NCBI RefSeq assembly: GCF_004010195.1 | Contig: NC_057719.1 | Span: forward strand, 9,333,804 to 9,397,803 | Direction of reading: 5' to 3' | Origin: Chiloscyllium plagiosum | Lineage: Eukaryota | DNA: 64,000 nt | Shown here: positions 61,800 to 64,000 of the stretch, piece by piece | Layout of the letters: each line of letters opens with the position of its first letter | Position numbering within the stretch: position 1 is the stretch's first letter | Program-made: the position numbers and the translations under genes | Notes under the pieces: model-generated | Database searches by the model: none | Told to the model about the DNA's origin: nothing | Seen by the model: only the letters and a program-made list of their open reading frames with translations

Positions 61800-62905
61800 T
61801 TAAATCCCCTCGAAATCACCTGCCTCTTACCTTAAATCCATGCTCCCTAGTTACTGACCCCTCCACTAGGGTAAAATGTTCCTATCTCCCTGATCTATGT
61901 CCCACATTTTTTTGATCTCAATTAGATCCCCCTCCCCCCACCAGTGCTCTATGTTCCAAGGAAAATCCCAAACCATTCTCTGTCCCTTCAGAGCTTAGGC
62001 AACATCTACTGAATCTTCTCTGCACTCTCTCTGGTGTGATCATATCCTTCTTGAAGTGTGGTGATCAGAACTGCACGCAGTACACCAGCTGTGACTTAGC
62101 TAACATCTCATACAGCTCTGACATAACTTCCCTGCTCTTGTATTCAGTGCCACATCTTATGCCCTTCTTAAGCATGCTATCGATCTGCCTTGTTGCCTTC
62201 AAGGACTTGTGGATGTACACACTGAGATCCCTCTGATCCTCAGTACATCCCAGGGTGCTGCCATTCATTCTATACTCCCTCGCTTTGCTAATCTTCCCAA
62301 AATCCCTGACACTATCACATCATCTCGCACAATTCAGTATCAAACTACATTTTGCAGTGTCCTATCCATTTGACCAATCTACTGATATAATCCTATCGTC
62401 TATTTATTATTTACCACACCACAAACTTTTGTATGATCCATGAACTTACTGAACAAACCACATACATAGAACAGAGATTATAGAATGTTACAGAGCAGTC
62501 CAGGTCTTTTGGCCCATGATGTTGTGCCGACCTGTGAAAGTAACCTGATGCCCATCTAACCTACAACGTTCCATTATTATACATATGTAAGTCCAATGCC
62601 CATTTAAATCCCTTTAACGTCTACTACTGTTGTAGGCTGGCTGTTCCACGCCCCTATTACTCTCTGAGTGAAGAAACTACCCCTGACATCTGTCCTAAAT
62701 CTATCACCCCTCAATTTAAAACTATGTCCCCTCATGTTAGCCTTCACCATCCGAGGAAAAAGGCTCTCACTGTCCACCCTATCTAACCCTCTGATTATCT
62801 TATACGTCTCGATTAAGTCACCTCTCAACCTTCTCTCCAATGAAAACAGCCTCAGTTCCCTCAGCCTTTCCTCATAAGTCCTTTCTCCTACACCAGGCAA
62901 GATCC
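61800..62905 (-). mobile_element. Two CR1 LINE 3' fragments
   Basis: QRDL.V.IHKSLKA..; [27 protein letters not shown]. Confidence 0.85.
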
Positions 62906-63530
62906 TAAATGACACAGGACCTCCCACCTGGACGTGACGGTCAAGAAGGCACAACAACATCTCTTCTTTCTCAGGTGGCTGAGGAAATTTGGCATGTCCT
63001 CACCAATTTTTACAGCTGCAGCAGAGAAAATACATTGTCCAGGTGCATAACGGCCTGGTACGGCAACTGCTCAGCCCAGGATGGTAAGAAACTACAGAAG
63101 GTGGTGTGCATGGGCCAGACCATCACAGAAGCCAACCTCCCATCCATGGACTCTATTTTCTCTTTTCGTTGCTGCTGAAAGGCTGCCAGCCTCATCAAAA
63201 GCCCCTCCCATCCCGGTAGTGCTCTCCTACAACCTCTTCCATCAGGCAGAAGATGCAGAAACATGAACACACACACCAACAGGTTCAAGAACAGCTTCTT
63301 CCCTGCCATTATTAGGCTGATAAATGGACTGTCTAAATTCAAGTACTGCTGATTTTGTTAATGTTGATATTGTTCTATGCACTTCCTGTGCAGTGTAACC
63401 AGAATGCCTCACTCAATCTAAGCAGCCTATGATCTGTATGTCCTTGCTTGCTACGATTGGCCTATACTGCTTGCAAACAAAGCTTTTCACTGTACATAGG
63501 TCTACATGACTACAAAAAATCAAATCAAAA
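62905..63530 (+). mobile_element. Rex1/Babar LINE 3' fragment
   Basis: LTNFYSC..E..L..CITAWYGNCSAQD.KKLQKVV plus 3' UTR shared with 37000-37200. Confidence 0.85.
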
Positions 63531-63579
63531 CATACAACAAGTGATGAAGTAGTACACCACTGAACAAAGGCTTCCACGT

Positions 63580-63805
63580 GGGTCAATCCAGGCAAGGATG
63601 GCAGATTTCCTTTCCTTCAAGGGGAGACAGGTTTTCAACAACAATTGACATTTGTTACATGGTTGGCACTGAACTAACATTCTTTAATAATTCCAGATTT
63701 TACAAAATTCCCATTCGAACCATCTATCATGGTAAGTTTTGAACCAACATTAACCAACCTGAGGTTCTGGATTATCAGTCCAGTGACATCACCGTGATGC
63801 CACCT
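63580..63805 (-). mobile_element. tRNA-type SINE family 2 fragment
   Basis: ggcaaggatggcagatttcctttcc..ttctggattatcagtccagtgac. Confidence 0.6.
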
Positions 63806-64000
63806 CCTTCTTCCACACCTGCATAAGAGCTCCAACAAATTTGTTCAACATATCGACTCTGCACAATCATTTCATTACTTTCTTTGGGTTCAGTTGTTAT
63901 CACATCCTTCATAATAGATTCTAACATTTTCCCCACCGTTTAAACTAACATGACTTTAGTTCTCTATGTTCTTTTTTCCTCAACTTCTTAAGTGGAAGGA

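Noticed and set aside
1..64000. tRNA genes or CRISPR array
   Set aside because: tRNA-like sequences are SINE heads; the repeats are dispersed, not regularly spaced.

Overview
Repeat-dominated, apparently non-coding vertebrate DNA, very likely from a shark or other elasmobranch, judged from many HE1-type V-SINEs and their HER1/CR1 partner LINE. I found no credible host protein-coding exon. The recognisable ORFs in the track are broken retroelement pieces (CR1/HER1, a second CR1/L2-group LINE, Rex1/Babar, Penelope GIY-YIG) or SINE read-throughs, and the rest are unassigned. There is a 500-N gap at 30633-31132. The most striking structure is about 20 short Penelope-like (PLE) terminal repeats in 5-6 sequence families. 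Each carries an intact, decayed or truncated minimal type-I hammerhead ribozyme motif (CTGANGA-A-stemII-GAAA-NNTH) whose stems I and II covary between families. Many are stand-alone 90-240 bp insertions with 9-16 bp target-site duplications. Several are asymmetric fold-back hairpins whose apex sits at the hammerhead, and one is inserted inside the hammerhead of another family. Non-repeat islands include candidate enhancers and one C/D-box snoRNA-like motif set. Repeat boundaries were read by eye and are approximate; family names come from recalled consensus features, not a database search.
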